DNA from: a virus | Length of the DNA: 64,000 bases | Direction: 5' to 3' (one strand) | IMG/VR virus record: IMGVR_UViG_3300042731_007874 | Part shown: piece after piece, positions 32,025 to 42,015 of the stretch | Numbering within the stretch: the stretch's first letter is position 1 | Layout of the letters: every line of letters starts with the position of its first letter | The notes under the pieces: model-generated | The model's database searches: none | What the model saw: only the letters and a program-made list of their open reading frames with translations | What the model was told of the DNA's origin: nothing | Translations under genes and position numbers: made by a program

Positions 32025-32651
32025 TTATAGAAATGAATCTCGAATTGAATTGTCAGGCATATAATAGATATTATAATCGCCCGCATCTAAGTAATAAATA
32101 TCTGGATATTTGTCTCTTATCTTTTTGTACATACCTTTGTCGTCATATCCAATTAATTCTTTAATAGTAAATTGGCAGCCTATTTGCTCTTGGAAACCTA
32201 GATAATCTTCAACCATTTTAAAAGTTGTTTTATGGGTAACAAGGTGGGTTATTCTTATTTTTGTTAGGTTTGATAAATATTCTAAGTATTCTTTATTATT
32301 CTCTAGTAAATCACTTGAAAACACACATCTATTTATCTTTTCCCAGAAAGATGAAAGCTTGAACTGTTCTCGTGTATGAACGTCTACTAACATATTGAGG
32401 TTGTTTGTTATTTTAAAGAACTTATTCCACCATTCAATATGATGATGATATTTATAGAGACAATCACCGCCGCCAGATAGAGAAACTTTTCCTTTATTTT
32501 TGTTCTCACTTAAAAAGTTCTCTAGTTTCTTCCAGTTTGTCTTCTCATTAACATATTCAAGTTCATGTCCTTTCCATATACAATACCAACAGTTGGCTCT
32601 ACATCCAAAATTAGTTATTACAGATATATTTGGGCAAGCTGTCCGCAACAC
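32025..32651 (-). CDS. Radical SAM protein
   Basis: CRANCWYC (CxxxCxxC), SLSGGGD. Confidence 0.75.
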   Translation of the reverse strand: MLRTACPNISVITNFGCRANCWYCIWKGHELEYVNEKTNWKKLENFLSENKNKGKVSLSGGGDCLYKYHHHIEWWNKFFKITNNLNMLVDVHTREQFKLSSFWEKINRCVFSSDLLENNKEYLEYLSNLTKIRITHLVTHKTTFKMVEDYLGFQEQIGCQFTIKELIGYDDKGMYKKIRDKYPDIYYLDAGDYNIYYMPDNSIRDSFL

Positions 32652-33574
32652 AATCCAGCCTCTTCACATTTAGCAATTGCATCAATTACAACAGGAACAC
32701 CTGCTTCTCTAAACTGATTGCCGATTTCAATCAGCTTATCATAGTTTGAATAGTTTGCTACTGTCTTTAGCTCATTCCCTTTTGCATTATTTGTACTATT
32801 AAGTGGAATAAGTTTAACAGTAAACTTGTCACCTCGAAGCCCCATTTTCTTTAGCTTTCCTACAGAAACTTCTACTCCTTGCATAACAATAAAATTTAAT
32901 GTAACTGTTCGGCTTGTTATTTTTTGTTTGTTCACCTCTGATACTATTTCAGGCAGAGTTATTACATCCGCGCCGCCAAATAACTCTTTTCTCTTATTCT
33001 CGTCTGTTGAATTACAAGAAATTTGTAAATGAAGTCTTCCATCATAAGTAGATTCTTTAAAATCTATTACTTGGCTTAACACATTTGCTTTTCGGGGAAG
33101 TATTGTATTAAAGCAAGGAAGCCATTTAAAGTCACGTCCTTGATGTTCTGATATTTGAGGTAGAAGTTTCATTGCATCAAGAACATTTTCTACATTCCAT
33201 GCAGGCTCGCCCATTCTAGCAAACCCTATCTTTACTTTGTTGCTTTGAGTAACATAAGGAGTATTTTTAAGTATACTAATAACTTGATCTAGGATTTCAT
33301 CTCGTGTGAGATTTCCCTTAAAAGGTAAAGGGGCAACATCACAAAACTGACAATTATGAATACATCCACGTTGTGTACTTACTGTTAGTAACCATTTTTC
33401 TTTATAGGGAACAAGATGTTTCCATATTACTTGTGGATCTTGAGTCTCTCTTACTATCTTATGAAGCTTGCCGTCTACTGCGACGTCTCTCATTTCAGTA
33501 GATTCAATTATGTAACCGTTCAAGTCACTAATAAAGATTCTACCACTAGGTAGATAGAGTACATCTTTAATCAT
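32618..33574 (-). CDS. RlmN/Cfr-like radical SAM enzyme
   Basis: STQRGCIHNCQFC, ARMGEP, LQIS, KLIPLN, C-terminal CGQL. Confidence 0.8.
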   Translation of the reverse strand: MIKDVLYLPSGRIFISDLNGYIIESTEMRDVAVDGKLHKIVRETQDPQVIWKHLVPYKEKWLLTVSTQRGCIHNCQFCDVAPLPFKGNLTRDEILDQVISILKNTPYVTQSNKVKIGFARMGEPAWNVENVLDAMKLLPQISEHQGRDFKWLPCFNTILPRKANVLSQVIDFKESTYDGRLHLQISCNSTDENKRKELFGGADVITLPEIVSEVNKQKITSRTVTLNFIVMQGVEVSVGKLKKMGLRGDKFTVKLIPLNSTNNAKGNELKTVANYSNYDKLIEIGNQFREAGVPVVIDAIAKCEEAGLCCGQLAQIYL

Positions 33575-34004
33575 TGTTTACCTTCTCCACGTTCTTTATC
33601 CATTTTGGGACTGGTTGCCATTTTCTTGCCATATTATCAATAGTTGATTTAGGAACTCCATGGATATTTCTTTCAACACAGATTTTTGGATCTGCAAAGA
33701 CTTCAATAATTTCACAGCTATATCCCATTGTTTCTGCGATTCTGTAATAAGGAATCCATTCAGTTGTTGTAACATTTGTATTGTCTATTACAATAAGTTT
33801 TTCTTTGAGAGTGGTAATAAAATACAAAAATGTCTGTAAACAATGTATGTGTGCTTCTCCAATAAGACCAGGATCAAATTTGTATTCTCCATGCTTATTT
33901 ATGAAATACTTATCAGCAGAACATATTACTGCATCTGGGTAGTTCTTTTTAACAAAAGTACTTTTCCCAGCGCCTGGCAAACCTCTCATAATTATTACTT
34001 TCAT
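33567..34004 (-). CDS. P-loop kinase (AAA_33/polynucleotide-kinase-like)
   Basis: MRGLPGAGKST Walker A, DNTN, RNIHGVP. Confidence 0.85.
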   Translation of the reverse strand: MKVIIMRGLPGAGKSTFVKKNYPDAVICSADKYFINKHGEYKFDPGLIGEAHIHCLQTFLYFITTLKEKLIVIDNTNVTTTEWIPYYRIAETMGYSCEIIEVFADPKICVERNIHGVPKSTIDNMARKWQPVPKWIKNVEKVNND

Positions 34005-34830
34005 GATTCTTTCCTTTGATAGATCTTTTCTCTATAGATTTCTTCATCTATCTCTCTCCAGAGAGATCCAATACATGATGTAAATTTTGCTTTACGGATA
34101 ATTTCGTTATTTCCTTTCGGCAGGTTAGTTCTAGTAAAGAGTTCACCATTAGAACCCCAGAAACAACCTAATGAAAAATTACAACCACAGATCCAGGTTT
34201 CACGTGGTTCAATTTCATATTCTTCTTCATTAGGATCAAAACAGTGTTCTTCAAGGGTTTGGTACATTTCTAAAGGCCCTTGCCTTAGTTCTTTCTTACA
34301 GAATGGACAGTAATACATTCACTTTACCTAATCCTACCGTAAAATCTTTCAAATCGCTATGCGTTTTATGAATCCACTCAACAAACTCTAGTCTTCTCGG
34401 GTTTGTCTTTGAATACATGGTAAATAAAGCTATAAAACACATCCAACGTAATCTTTCGTCTTCTGACTCGAAAGTATTTCCATCAAGAAGTACAACGAAA
34501 GCCTCTAATTGACGCCATACTCTTTGTGAAAACGAGGCTGAGGTCTTAAGAGTACTTCTTTCTATGCTATTAGAATTGGCCAGCTCTATTAAATCATTTT
34601 CAAGCTCTTTAGAAAAGATAAAACCACCATTCCATTTAAACTTGTATCCCAAGTCTATAATGAAATTCTGGACAAGATAAACTACACAGTGTGGTTCACT
34701 AGACTTATTTAAAATATCTGACGAAAATATTTTTAGTAATTGTTCTAATAAAGATAACTTAGGTTTTAGCCATGTTTTCTCCTTAAATATTGTTATCTTT
34801 TCCTTTCTAGAGCGCCCAGTAATGATCTTA

Positions 34831-35265
34831 TTAGTCTCTTATAATTTCAATAAACTCTAATTTTCTACAAACAAGTTCCTGAAAGTTTCCTTTCCCGAGG
34901 TCGTTTTCAATAGCAACAATATCTTCCACTCTTACTTTAAACTTAATTATTATTAAGGAGAGTAACGAGTAGTTATGCAATTTCTTTTTATCTCTACTTG
35001 CTGCCTCAAGATTAGTATAAGCATGAAAACCTCTATCGATTGATCCCAACTCTAGTTCTTCTTCAGTTGGTTTTGAAGGTCTCTCTATTTCAAAGTCTTT
35101 CTGGTTCTTAAAGTCCCAACTAAATTCATAATATGGAGATCTATAGAAGTCTTCATGCGACCACTTCTTTAAAATTTTATAAACAAACACTTCTTCTTGA
35201 TCTCCGATAAACTCTTGAAGATCTTTTTTGTTCTGTTCTTTATTAGAGTTAATACATAAACACAT
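34831..35265 (-). CDS. MCL-family paralog 14 (subfamily B)
   Basis: EFIGDQEEVFVYK, YRSP, GFHAYT, QELVC. Confidence 0.9.
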   Translation of the reverse strand: MCLCINSNKEQNKKDLQEFIGDQEEVFVYKILKKWSHEDFYRSPYYEFSWDFKNQKDFEIERPSKPTEEELELGSIDRGFHAYTNLEAASRDKKKLHNYSLLSLIIIKFKVRVEDIVAIENDLGKGNFQELVCRKLEFIEIIRD

Positions 35266-35276
35266 GATATCCCTCC

Positions 35277-35534
35277 TTAATCTTCTCTTATAATCTCAAC
35301 GAATTCTAGTTTAGTATAAACTAACCGTTGAAAATTATGTTTTTGTTTAGAACAACCGTTCTCAACAGCAACAATATTTTCTGCCTTGACCTTGAATTTA
35401 ATAATTGGTTCATCCTCTTCTTTCCAATACTTGGCTTCTTCTAAATTAGTGTAGGCATGAAGTCCTTTACAGATGAGGTAATAGCAAAGCTCTTTCTCGT
35501 TTTGCTCTTGATCCTCTAAAATCCATAGACACAT
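35277..35534 (-). CDS. MCL-family paralog 15 with an in-frame internal deletion
   Basis: MCLW...NEKEL joined directly to ...KGLHAYT; about 55 codons shorter than full copies. Confidence 0.85.
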   Translation of the reverse strand: MCLWILEDQEQNEKELCYYLICKGLHAYTNLEEAKYWKEEDEPIIKFKVKAENIVAVENGCSKQKHNFQRLVYTKLEFVEIIRED

Positions 35535-35567
35535 ATCTTTTCTCCTTTCCCTATAAATACTTATATT

Positions 35568-36255
35568 TACGTTGGATCTAGTATTAGATAGTCAAAATAG
35601 ATATTTTTGGTAAGCTCCAGTAATGAATTTATACTTTTTCTCTCATATATTCTGTAATTACAGAGTTACATTCTTTTAGTAACCCAATAAGTTCATGCCA
35701 ACAACTATCAGTAGCAGGAAGACTTTCAAAGGTCCGCCTTAGTTCTGGATAACAAATCCAATTAATAGAAACCTGACAGACCACTGCTGCTCCTATTAGT
35801 TTTGGATTCTGGTGAACATGGCTACTCATTCCTTCTTTACAATAATGACAAGAACATTTTTCTATTTTTTCATATCTTTTTCCTTTTCCGGAGCGCCGGG
35901 TAATGGTCTTGTTAGCTCCTTATAGATTTCCTAACAGGAGACCATTCTTTACTTCTATCTCTCTTACAGAGATAGTACCAGTCATATATCAGTCCTTTTC
36001 TATGGAGGTCGAGAAGAAGTTTCCATTCACCTTTGCCTGCAAATGTAGTCCAGCCTTGTACCAGTCTGCTTATCTTCTTATATATTCTTTTATTCATTAC
36101 ATTGTCTCCTTTCTATATAAATATTTATATAGCTCCAAATACCAAGACTAGAGATCTCTGAGGGCCAAGATCAATACTTGTACATTGGATCTAGTAGTAG
36201 ATGGTCAAAATACACTGAAAACATAACAAATACACTAATTACATTGGATCTAGTA
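35568..36255. repeat. Three copies of the 16-bp motif TAC(A/G)TTGGATCTAGTA at 35568, 36181 and 36240
   Basis: Direct sequence match; copies 1 and 2 extend to about 30 bp of similarity. Confidence 0.7.
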
Positions 36256-38150
36256 AAATATGAACCAAATACACTAGGCAAAGCAAAATTTTCCCTCTTA
36301 TCTCTCTCTCAATCCAATCAACGGAATCTTACAATTGTATTTGGCCGAGGCCCGAAGGGCCGAGGCAGGGGACGCTCTACGGAGATAGAAACGCTCTTGT
36401 CATTATAGGTGATCAACATATGTGGGATACTGGTTAGGAGCTGAAAACGACTGTCCGGATATGTTTTCTTAATAATATTAAACATATAGGCCATCAAGAG
36501 ATGATTATTACATGGGGCTTGGTCTAAAACTAAACTCAACTAATAATGACATTTCAATTCTAAGATACCTAGAAGCTCTTATAATCCATTTCTCTTCTTT
36601 AAGAGTACCGTCTATCCTAAATTTAGTTTTATAGGATTCTAGAGGTATTCTCATTATTCTGATAGAAGATTAGAGTTCTCTTTATGGGCCATCAGGGAAG
36701 AAGTTTCTTTCAAAAGACAAATATACATATTTAGGAGTAGTTTCTTCTTTAGGATCTTATATTCAGGGAATTATATTATTAGGATAGTATAGCTTCTTCA
36801 GGAAATACTATAGTCAAGAAGATCCTTAAGAGCATAACTAACACTTTTTAAACTTACTAACATTGAACATATAATAATATGTATGTTTGTAAATAATAAG
36901 TATAATGTATAATAGGTTAAGCTCTTATAGCTTCTAAATCCGTATATGCGTTTAAATAGATAATAAGTAGTTAGTTAGAACTTTGGGTCTTCTTCTTGGC
37001 GGGTTTCTTGTTCATCAAGATCACTCTTTAGCCAATCAATATATTCTTGTTGGCATTTCTCACTACAAACTACCTGAATATCTTCGTCCAGATATTGAAC
37101 AAATTTCTTTCCACACATACAACATCTACGCAATTCCATGACATTTTCTCCTTGTTTGCTATTTTCCTACAGTAATACTGTACGAATTCTTATTGTTGAC
37201 CAAACCATGACCACAAAAGCCATAAAAGCCACAAAAAATAATATGTAATAATTTCAGGTGTTTGGTTTGGTTTTGCTATATACAGCTATACAGCCGAGAT
37301 ACAGCTTTTTTAAACAAAACCAATTCCACTAATATTAAACACGAATATCGTGTTACGAAATAATATTCTTATGTTTAGGATAGACTATTTTAGCAGTATC
37401 AGGGAACATGTTCTTACATTTCTCTCGAACTAAGCCTAGGTACCAGACATCAGAACATACGCGATGCTTTCCTGTCTCTAGCATTCCAAAGACAAATCTT
37501 TTCCTTCCATATCCTCTTCCTCCACACCCTTGCATCTCTTCTGGATTTGACGGATTAAGAATATAAATCTCACCATCAACTATGACATAATCTTTCTTTT
37601 TAAGAAACTCCAGGTCAAAATTACAACCAAAGCAGAGTTTCTTCTCAAGCAATTCTGGCCCTGAAAGCCAATTCTTAACAACTTCTCTTTTACCACAATA
37701 TTTACAGGTAAATGTTTTCTGCATATCTTTTTCCTTTCTTTAGTGAATCAATTCACCAATAAATTTCATTATTCCAAATATAATAACTACTACTATTACG
37801 GCGGTTGTCATGAATTAATTACCTCCATCATCACCGGCATCAACCTCGTCATCAATCTGAATGACGATAGGATTGTCAGTGTCTTCGATAAGGATATCAA
37901 TATCAATGTCATAACAACCAAGTACGATCAGACTAACAATAATAAAGATTATTGTTTTCATTTTTGTTTTCCTTTCAGTTGAAATCAAACATACGAACGA
38001 ATTCTATTCTTCTGTCCTTGATTTCTTCAAGGACAATATCAGAAGCATGAGTTCTTTCCGGCGCGCCGGACAAAGAATAATACAGCTCTACCAGTTCTTT
38101 ATCGTCTAACTCTTCTAAACCATTGGTATATTCTTCCTGACAGTCCATAA

Positions 38151-38501
38151 CTATTTCCTTTCTTTACAAGCTTTTAAAAGCTCTTGACAAATTACTTTTG
38201 GAGAACAAGGTTTAGATAAAACCTTGACTCCAGGAATAAATACATCTGAATTCCCTGTATGTACAACAACAGGAATATCTGCAGCTTTAACAATCTCAAT
38301 TCCATTACCATAATCTGGACAATCCCAATCCGTTAGAACAACATCAAAGTTATATTCTAACAAAGATCTAAGGCCTTGTTCTACAGAATAAGCCAATCTA
38401 ATGTTGAATTCTTTACTTAATACTCTCTTAAGCATTCTTGCCACAAGAGTATTATCTTCTACAATAAGTAGATTCATCTTACTTCTCACATTTATAGACA
38501 A
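38151..38501 (-). CDS. Stand-alone response-regulator receiver (CheY-like) domain
   Basis: LIVEDN, DVVLTDWD (phospho-Asp), HTG, KP. Confidence 0.85.
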   Translation of the reverse strand: MSINVRSKMNLLIVEDNTLVARMLKRVLSKEFNIRLAYSVEQGLRSLLEYNFDVVLTDWDCPDYGNGIEIVKAADIPVVVHTGNSDVFIPGVKVLSKPCSPKVICQELLKACKERK

Positions 38502-39383
38502 CTAGAGGACGTTCTTGTTTTGCAATGAACGCCGCCAAATGATAATCATCTTGACAAGCAGGATGATCTTTAGGAAGTTTTTCAACAATACAACATTCCC
38601 GCATAAGCAGACAGAATATTGTAATTAAACAAGCAATTACAATAATTTTGTTCATTTTGTTTTTCTTTCTTTACTTTAACTGTTTATACTGTTCAATCCA
38701 ACGAGGCTTAAGTTTTCTATCAAGAATCCAAACACCTCCACTAATTCCAATTGCAGTAAAGACATTAAACACCATAAGGTTAATGCCAACTGCCATTCCA
38801 AGACCAACTAGTCCACCAATTACAATTACAAACGTAACTATAATATCAAATGGAACTAGCATTTTACAGACAACTAATCTTGGGGAATAAGACTTCCCAA
38901 AGATTGTTGACTTTAGCGGCGCATAAGACACCAGCCAGCAAATGCTGAATGCTGCCGCGCCAGCAACTAGAAATAATACAAGAACATCCATTTCTTTTTC
39001 CTTTCTACCTGTTAGTCCAGGGATTTCTAAACACTTCTTCTACTTCATTACTAAGTCTTATATCTTTAATATAAGATTCTATTGTAGGATTTTTATGGGC
39101 CGCCGGTTCTGAATCAGAACACATATAGGCTCCAATTATCCAAATAACTAATACAAATAGTATTAACCTACCCATTTACTTCCTTTCTTTAGTAAGGGAT
39201 TTCCATCTCTTCGTCTAAGAGACGTTGTTCTTCTTCCTTGTGTATCTCCTCTAGCAATGCAAATTCACATTCTTCAGAGCAGCACCGAAGATCCGAACCA
39301 TCTCCAATGTCATAGTAATAGAACTCGCCACACATACAGCAATGGCGACCTTCTTGTTCTTTCATAATACTTTCCTTTCTTTA

Positions 39384-39800
39384 TTAGTTTACGACTCTGA
39401 CAAAAGTCAGCTTACGACAGACAAGACTTTCAAAATTCAGCCCAAAGCAACAATTATTCTCAACAGCAACAACGTCTTTCTTATCCACTTTAAATTTTAC
39501 AATTACTCCGTCACAATAGAATCTCTGAAGCTTGGCAGACTCTAAATTAGTATAGACGCAATATCCTTTATAAATTTCTCCCTTCTTCAATTCTTCTTCA
39601 GTTGGCCTTGAAGATCGATCAATCTGGAATACTTGTTGTTTAGAGAAATCCCAAATACAAGACTGATAAGAAAACCTATAATAATTTTTACTCGAACATT
39701 CTCTTAGAACTTTATAAACATAAACTTCTTGTTGATCTCCAAGAAACTCTTGAAGATCTTCTTTATTGTCTTTTTGACTTGACTTAATTTCTATTGACAT
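39384..39800 (-). CDS. MCL-family paralog 16 (divergent, subfamily B)
   Basis: EFLGDQQEVYVYK, PTEEEL, GYCVYT (His lost), SLVC. Confidence 0.85.
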   Translation of the reverse strand: MSIEIKSSQKDNKEDLQEFLGDQQEVYVYKVLRECSSKNYYRFSYQSCIWDFSKQQVFQIDRSSRPTEEELKKGEIYKGYCVYTNLESAKLQRFYCDGVIVKFKVDKKDVVAVENNCCFGLNFESLVCRKLTFVRVVN

Positions 39801-39827
39801 AATACTTCCCTTTCTACTCTAGGTGCT

Positions 39828-40292
39828 CTAGAGTTCTTTACTGGCCAGAGCCAGTTCTTTAGTCCATTTCTCAACAAGAGCTGTATTAACAACATCTCCT
39901 GTTTGTTTAGTGACAATACAAATAAGATTACGGATTTTACCCATAACCTTATTGATTATTTTGTCAATCTTAGACACTACTTTACTCTTAATTCTTTTTA
40001 CTGCGGCGCGTCGAGCAACTCTCCGCTCCTCAATCTCCTCAATATAAAGCTCTTCCAAGAACAGCTCTATATCTTCAATATTCATATCGTTCATTACGGC
40101 CGAAGCCGCCATGAAGACAATCAACCTATTCATGTCGTTACCTTTTCCCTTCTTGACAATAGCCTTCTTATAAGGCGGTGTCCACTTGGAGAGGTCAAGC
40201 CTCTCCTCTACAATTCGATCTTCTTTAACACCACTTTTTACCAGAGCGCCCGCAAGCGCCCTCATTCCAGAAGCCATTCTTGTGATAAACAT
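39828..40292 (-). CDS. ITRMAS-family hypothetical protein A
   Basis: N-terminal about 45 aa homologous to 41466..41711. Confidence 0.6.
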   Translation of the reverse strand: MFITRMASGMRALAGALVKSGVKEDRIVEERLDLSKWTPPYKKAIVKKGKGNDMNRLIVFMAASAVMNDMNIEDIELFLEELYIEEIEERRVARRAAVKRIKSKVVSKIDKIINKVMGKIRNLICIVTKQTGDVVNTALVEKWTKELALASKEL

Positions 40293-40308
40293 AACGTTTA
40301 CCCTTTCT

Positions 40309-40378
40309 CCTACTAAAGTAGGATAGTTAAACAGAGCAAAATTGCTCTATAGAGCCTACCAATCTAATTGATAGACTC
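40309..40378 (-). ncRNA. Three-hairpin structured element, copy 1
   Basis: Stems at 40352-40378, 40333-40348 and 40309-40322; covaries with copy 2. Confidence 0.6.
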
Positions 40379-40389
40379 AAAGAACACTT

Positions 40390-40893
40390 TTACTTTAGAT
40401 TATTTAGAATGAATTCAATATCAGCATCTGTATAAGATTGAGGAGGAGAGTAAATAATACCCTCAGACATAATATCTCCAGAATGAGACACATGTTCCTC
40501 AACCCCAATATAATGAACTAGCTCATGCATTATATCAAACAGGAATTGTTTCTCAGACTTAATCTTATATGACATCACAAGGATATCGTACTTGGTTGAC
40601 ATACCTAAGGTATTGTCATCACCTCTGTAGGTTGGCGACGACAAACAATACACAACATCCTTGCCGTCGTTTGTTATATCTATATCATCCGGATGTCTAG
40701 CTGGTCTGTCCCAGCCAGCCAAATCCACCTGATAATCAATATACTCGTCACCAAGGACGTTGTTAAGTTTATTAACGGCCTGTTCAACAAGCCCATACTC
40801 TCTCTGAGAACATGAGCTATTGATATACAGGCCACCTTGTTCTTCTTGGCACGCCGCCAATACCAGAATAGTTATAATCACCAATGTTTTCAT
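40390..40893 (-). CDS. Lipoprotein zinc metallopeptidase (matrixin-like)
   Basis: Lipobox LAAC, HELVHYIG..H, IM (Met-turn). Confidence 0.7.
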   Translation of the reverse strand: MKTLVIITILVLAACQEEQGGLYINSSCSQREYGLVEQAVNKLNNVLGDEYIDYQVDLAGWDRPARHPDDIDITNDGKDVVYCLSSPTYRGDDNTLGMSTKYDILVMSYKIKSEKQFLFDIMHELVHYIGVEEHVSHSGDIMSEGIIYSPPQSYTDADIEFILNNLK

Positions 40894-40912
40894 TTTCTTT
40901 TTCCTTTCTTTG

Positions 40913-41314
40913 TTAATTTGAAAACTCTACAAAAGTCAGCTTTTTGCAAACTAATTCTTCGTGAGCCTCATCAACAGCCACAATGTCTTCTCGTTCAACT
41001 TCGAATTTAACAGTTTTTCTACCATAGAAATCCCAACCCATAAAGTCGTCTTTGAAAGAAGCATAGACATGAAGTCCTTCCGCTATCTCTCCAGATTCCC
41101 GCTCTTCTTCAGTCGGTTTAGAAGATCTATTTATTTCAAATATATTGTGTTTATTGAAATCCCAAATAAATTCCCCATGACGTGGAGATCTATAAAAATT
41201 TTCCCATGAACTTTTTACTACAATTTTATAAACAAAGACCTTATCACGATTACCAACAAAATTTTGAAGGATTATATCGTTCTCTTCTTGGCTTTTGTTA
41301 ATGCTTAGAGGCAT
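40913..41314 (-). CDS. MCL-family paralog 17 (divergent, subfamily B); start corrected to MPLSINK
   Basis: NFVGNRDKVFVYK, YRSP, GLHVY, EELVC. Confidence 0.85.
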   Translation of the reverse strand: MPLSINKSQEENDIILQNFVGNRDKVFVYKIVVKSSWENFYRSPRHGEFIWDFNKHNIFEINRSSKPTEEERESGEIAEGLHVYASFKDDFMGWDFYGRKTVKFEVEREDIVAVDEAHEELVCKKLTFVEFSN

Positions 41315-41465
41315 AACTTTTTCCTTTCCCGGCAAACGCCGAATATTGAGACCCTTATGGCCAATCAGATACATATTCCCAGCCTTTCTTAACAGGCTGA
41401 GACTTTACTCTCTTACCTTGTTTCTCTTCTTTCATTTGTTTATTACGTTTCTTCTTTTTAGCCAT

Positions 41466-41711
41466 TTAGATTCCTCCACAATCCGGGCAGCAAAGCCACC
41501 CATTATAGTTACGGACACTAGGCTTAACAGAACCACAGTATCCACATCGGATTACATCATCTTCCAGAAACCTTCTTTGAGGCTTCTTATAAGGAGGAAC
41601 CCACTTACTGAGGTCCAACCTTTCTTCGATGATCCTGTCTCCCTTTACGCCGCTCTTAATAAGAGCACTTGCGAAAGTCCCTTTGTCTGAAGCCATTCTT
41701 GTGATTATCAT
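41466..41711 (-). CDS. ITRMAS-family hypothetical protein B with C-terminal Zn ribbon
   Basis: IITRMAS...EERLDLSKW.PPYKK; CGYC...CPDC. Confidence 0.6.
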   Translation of the reverse strand: MIITRMASDKGTFASALIKSGVKGDRIIEERLDLSKWVPPYKKPQRRFLEDDVIRCGYCGSVKPSVRNYNGWLCCPDCGGI

Positions 41712-41934
41712 AGTAGTTCTCCTTTGTTAGTCCTTAAAAACTGATCTAGCCAAATCCTCAATACCTGCCACAGTAAGCCAACAAAACATTTGATTATTGA
41801 TTTTTCTCATTCTCGCCGCATACTCTTTCTTTGTTAGAGCCTGCCTCTTAAGCTGATCCTTAAGTGAACCACTTGCTACGAATAAATCATACAACTTCTG
41901 ATTGGTCTTCTTTGACATGACGATCTCTCTTTCT

Positions 41935-42004
41935 CCTATAAATATAGGATAGTAAATTAGAGCAAAATTGCTCTACAAGGCCCACCAACCTAGTTGATAA
42001 GCCC
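41935..42004 (-). ncRNA. Three-hairpin structured element, copy 2
   Basis: Stems at 41978-42004, 41959-41974 and 41935-41948. Confidence 0.6.
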
Positions 42005-42015
42005 GAAGAACATTT

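Noticed and set aside
37743-37982. Plus-strand Asn/Tyr/Ile-rich ORF
   Set aside because: It is antisense to small minus-strand ORFs, including a short lipoprotein-like MKTIIFIIVSLIVLGC..., in a minus-strand region.
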